DNA of 63,652 nucleotides, the filler included, from Hyphochytrium catenoides (lineage: Eukaryota > Protista > Hyphochytriomycota), in the NCBI GenBank assembly GCA_900088475.1. It is 7 parts of 7 records of this genome, joined end to end, with 100 filler letters (N's around TTAATTAATTAA, not from the genome) between each part and the next. Parts side by side here need not be neighbours in the genome. Positions count along the whole stretch, not along the records: positions 58,986 to 62,490 come from FLMG01001330.1; positions 62,591 to 63,652 come from FLMG01002288.1; 5 more parts are not named here. One strand, written 5' to 3'. Position numbers and translations under genes: made by a program. Of this stretch, positions 62,282-63,652 are shown in pieces. Numbering within the stretch: position 1 is the first letter of the stretch; each line of letters starts with the position of its first letter. Under the pieces are notes generated by a model. The model saw only the letters and a program-made list of their open reading frames with translations. It had not been told where the DNA came from and searched no databases.

Positions 62282-62446
62282 CTTCTTACAGCGTTTTCTC
62301 TGCTAAGATGCTTCTGCCAGTCCTCGAGTCCTCCTCCGACCCATTAAGCACAGTGCACCAGTAACGAGGCAGAAGTAAGACGTAGAAGTAAGGATTAACA
62401 TAACAATGGTAGTAAGGTGGCTTAGCAGAGAAAACGCTGTAAGAAG
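62282..62446. repeat. Perfect 26-bp inverted repeat pair with 113-bp spacer (MITE-like or foldback)
   Basis: cttcttacagcgttttctctgctaag (62282-62307) and cttagcagagaaaacgctgtaagaag (62421-62446) are exact reverse complements. Confidence 0.85.
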
Positions 62447-62590
62447 TCTGCCAATGAGAGTGAAGGCTGAAGGACAGAGAGGAAACCTGANNNNNNNNNN
62501 NNNNNNNNNNNNNNNNNNNNNNNNNNNNNNNNNNTTAATTAATTAANNNNNNNNNNNNNNNNNNNNNNNNNNNNNNNNNNNNNNNNNNNN

Positions 62591-62622
<32 letters not shown>

Positions 62623-62650
62623 CCTTTCTTTGTGTGTTAAGTCTCTTTTC

Positions 62651-63092
62651 TTAGGGCTGGAGGTCGCACCACTCGAGTCTCATCTTGATTTCGCCTCCTT
62701 TCACGTTGTTCCCTACAAGCTGCCACTTGTTGAAGATCTTCAAGAGAGAGAGAGAGAGAGAAGAGAAAGAGAGAGAGACCGTTAGTCTGGGAAAGAGAAG
62801 AGACAGAGAGAGAGTTTTGAGGACTTGGGAGATATGTGGCTCTCTAGACCGGAAACGCTGTTGAGTAGCCTCGCATTAAGCTGTCCCTTTTGCTTTTGGC
62901 GCCTTCTCTCTCTTTTTCTCTCTCTCTCTCTCTAGAGAGAGAAGGCCTTCCCTCACCTGTCCCCTGGTCCTCACATCGTCCAGCTGTATCTCCACAGATC
63001 CCAGGAGCGTGGTCCTGGTCAGGATGTCTCTCTCCCATAGTTCCACGGTCATTATGTCAAACTTATGCACCTCCGGGAGGTGGAAACAGAAC
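62651..63092 (-). CDS. Last two exons of a C2-domain-containing protein (5' part not resolved)
   Basis: FCFHLPEVHKFDIMTVELWERDILTRTTLLGSVEIQLDDVRTRGQ|IFNKWQLVGNNVKGGEIKMRLEWCDLQP* follows the C2 beta-strand pattern, with GT-AG boundaries. Confidence 0.8.
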
Positions 63093-63096
63093 CTGA

Positions 63097-63127
<31 letters not shown>

Positions 63128-63289
63128 AAAAACGAGAGAGAGGAACAGACGAAGCATCAGAATAGGCGTGGACAGAGAGAGAGAGAGGATACGAAATAGC
63201 CATAGAGAAGTCAACAAGATACTCTCCTCGTCCCCAGCCTCTCAACCGTGCCCTCTCTTTTCTCTCTCTCTCCCTCTCTCTCTCTCTTC

Positions 63290-63324
<35 letters not shown>

Positions 63325-63652
63325 GCTTTATCTGTCTCTCTCTACCTTTCTTTCTTGTTCTCTTTTTCCCTGTTTCCTTTCCTGTCGCTGCTCTGACTTC
63401 TCCCTCCCTCGCTCATCTTTCCTTGTTCATTGAACGCCATCTCTCTCTCTGTCTCTCTCTCTCTTTCTGTGTCTTTCTCCCTCAATTCTCTGTCTCTCTC
63501 TATTCTCTTTTCTCTTCTGTTTTATCTCTCTTGTGTTCTCTCTTCTCTCTCTCTTTTACTCATCCTGTCTTTCTCTTTCCCTCTATTCTTTTTCTCTTTT
63601 TTCTGTTTTATTTCTCTTTCGTTCTTTCTCTCCTCTCCTCTCTCTCTCTCTC

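Overview
Eukaryotic (protist-like) genomic DNA with GT-AG introns, abundant (GA/CT)n microsatellites and the standard genetic code. Six identical 100-bp spacers (N44-TTAATTAATTAA-N44) show that the window is seven concatenated contigs, so adjacency across those spacers is not real synteny. Recognisable genes: BBS7, LZTFL1 and a probable TEDC1 (all cilium/basal-body genes), a calponin-homology protein, a PlsC/AGPAT acyltransferase, a jacalin-like type-I membrane protein, a probable mitochondrial PPR-like protein, an LRR + Cys-rich-repeat surface receptor, a single-pass protein with a degenerate cytoplasmic RasGAP-like domain, a bacterial-type SAM methyltransferase and the 3' end of a C2-domain gene. 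There are also decayed copia and gypsy LTR-retrotransposon remnants and short interstitial TTAGGG tracts. The standout is an apparently intronless ~1400-aa NLR-like STAND protein (11861-~16100, minus strand). Its N-terminal effector region appears to hold two tandem Swt1-like HEPN domains, each with an R-X4-H motif, followed by NB-ARC, winged helix and TPRs. This is a candidate sensor-activated, single-chain HEPN ribonuclease immune receptor in a eukaryote. All family assignments come from recognising motifs by eye; no searches were run.
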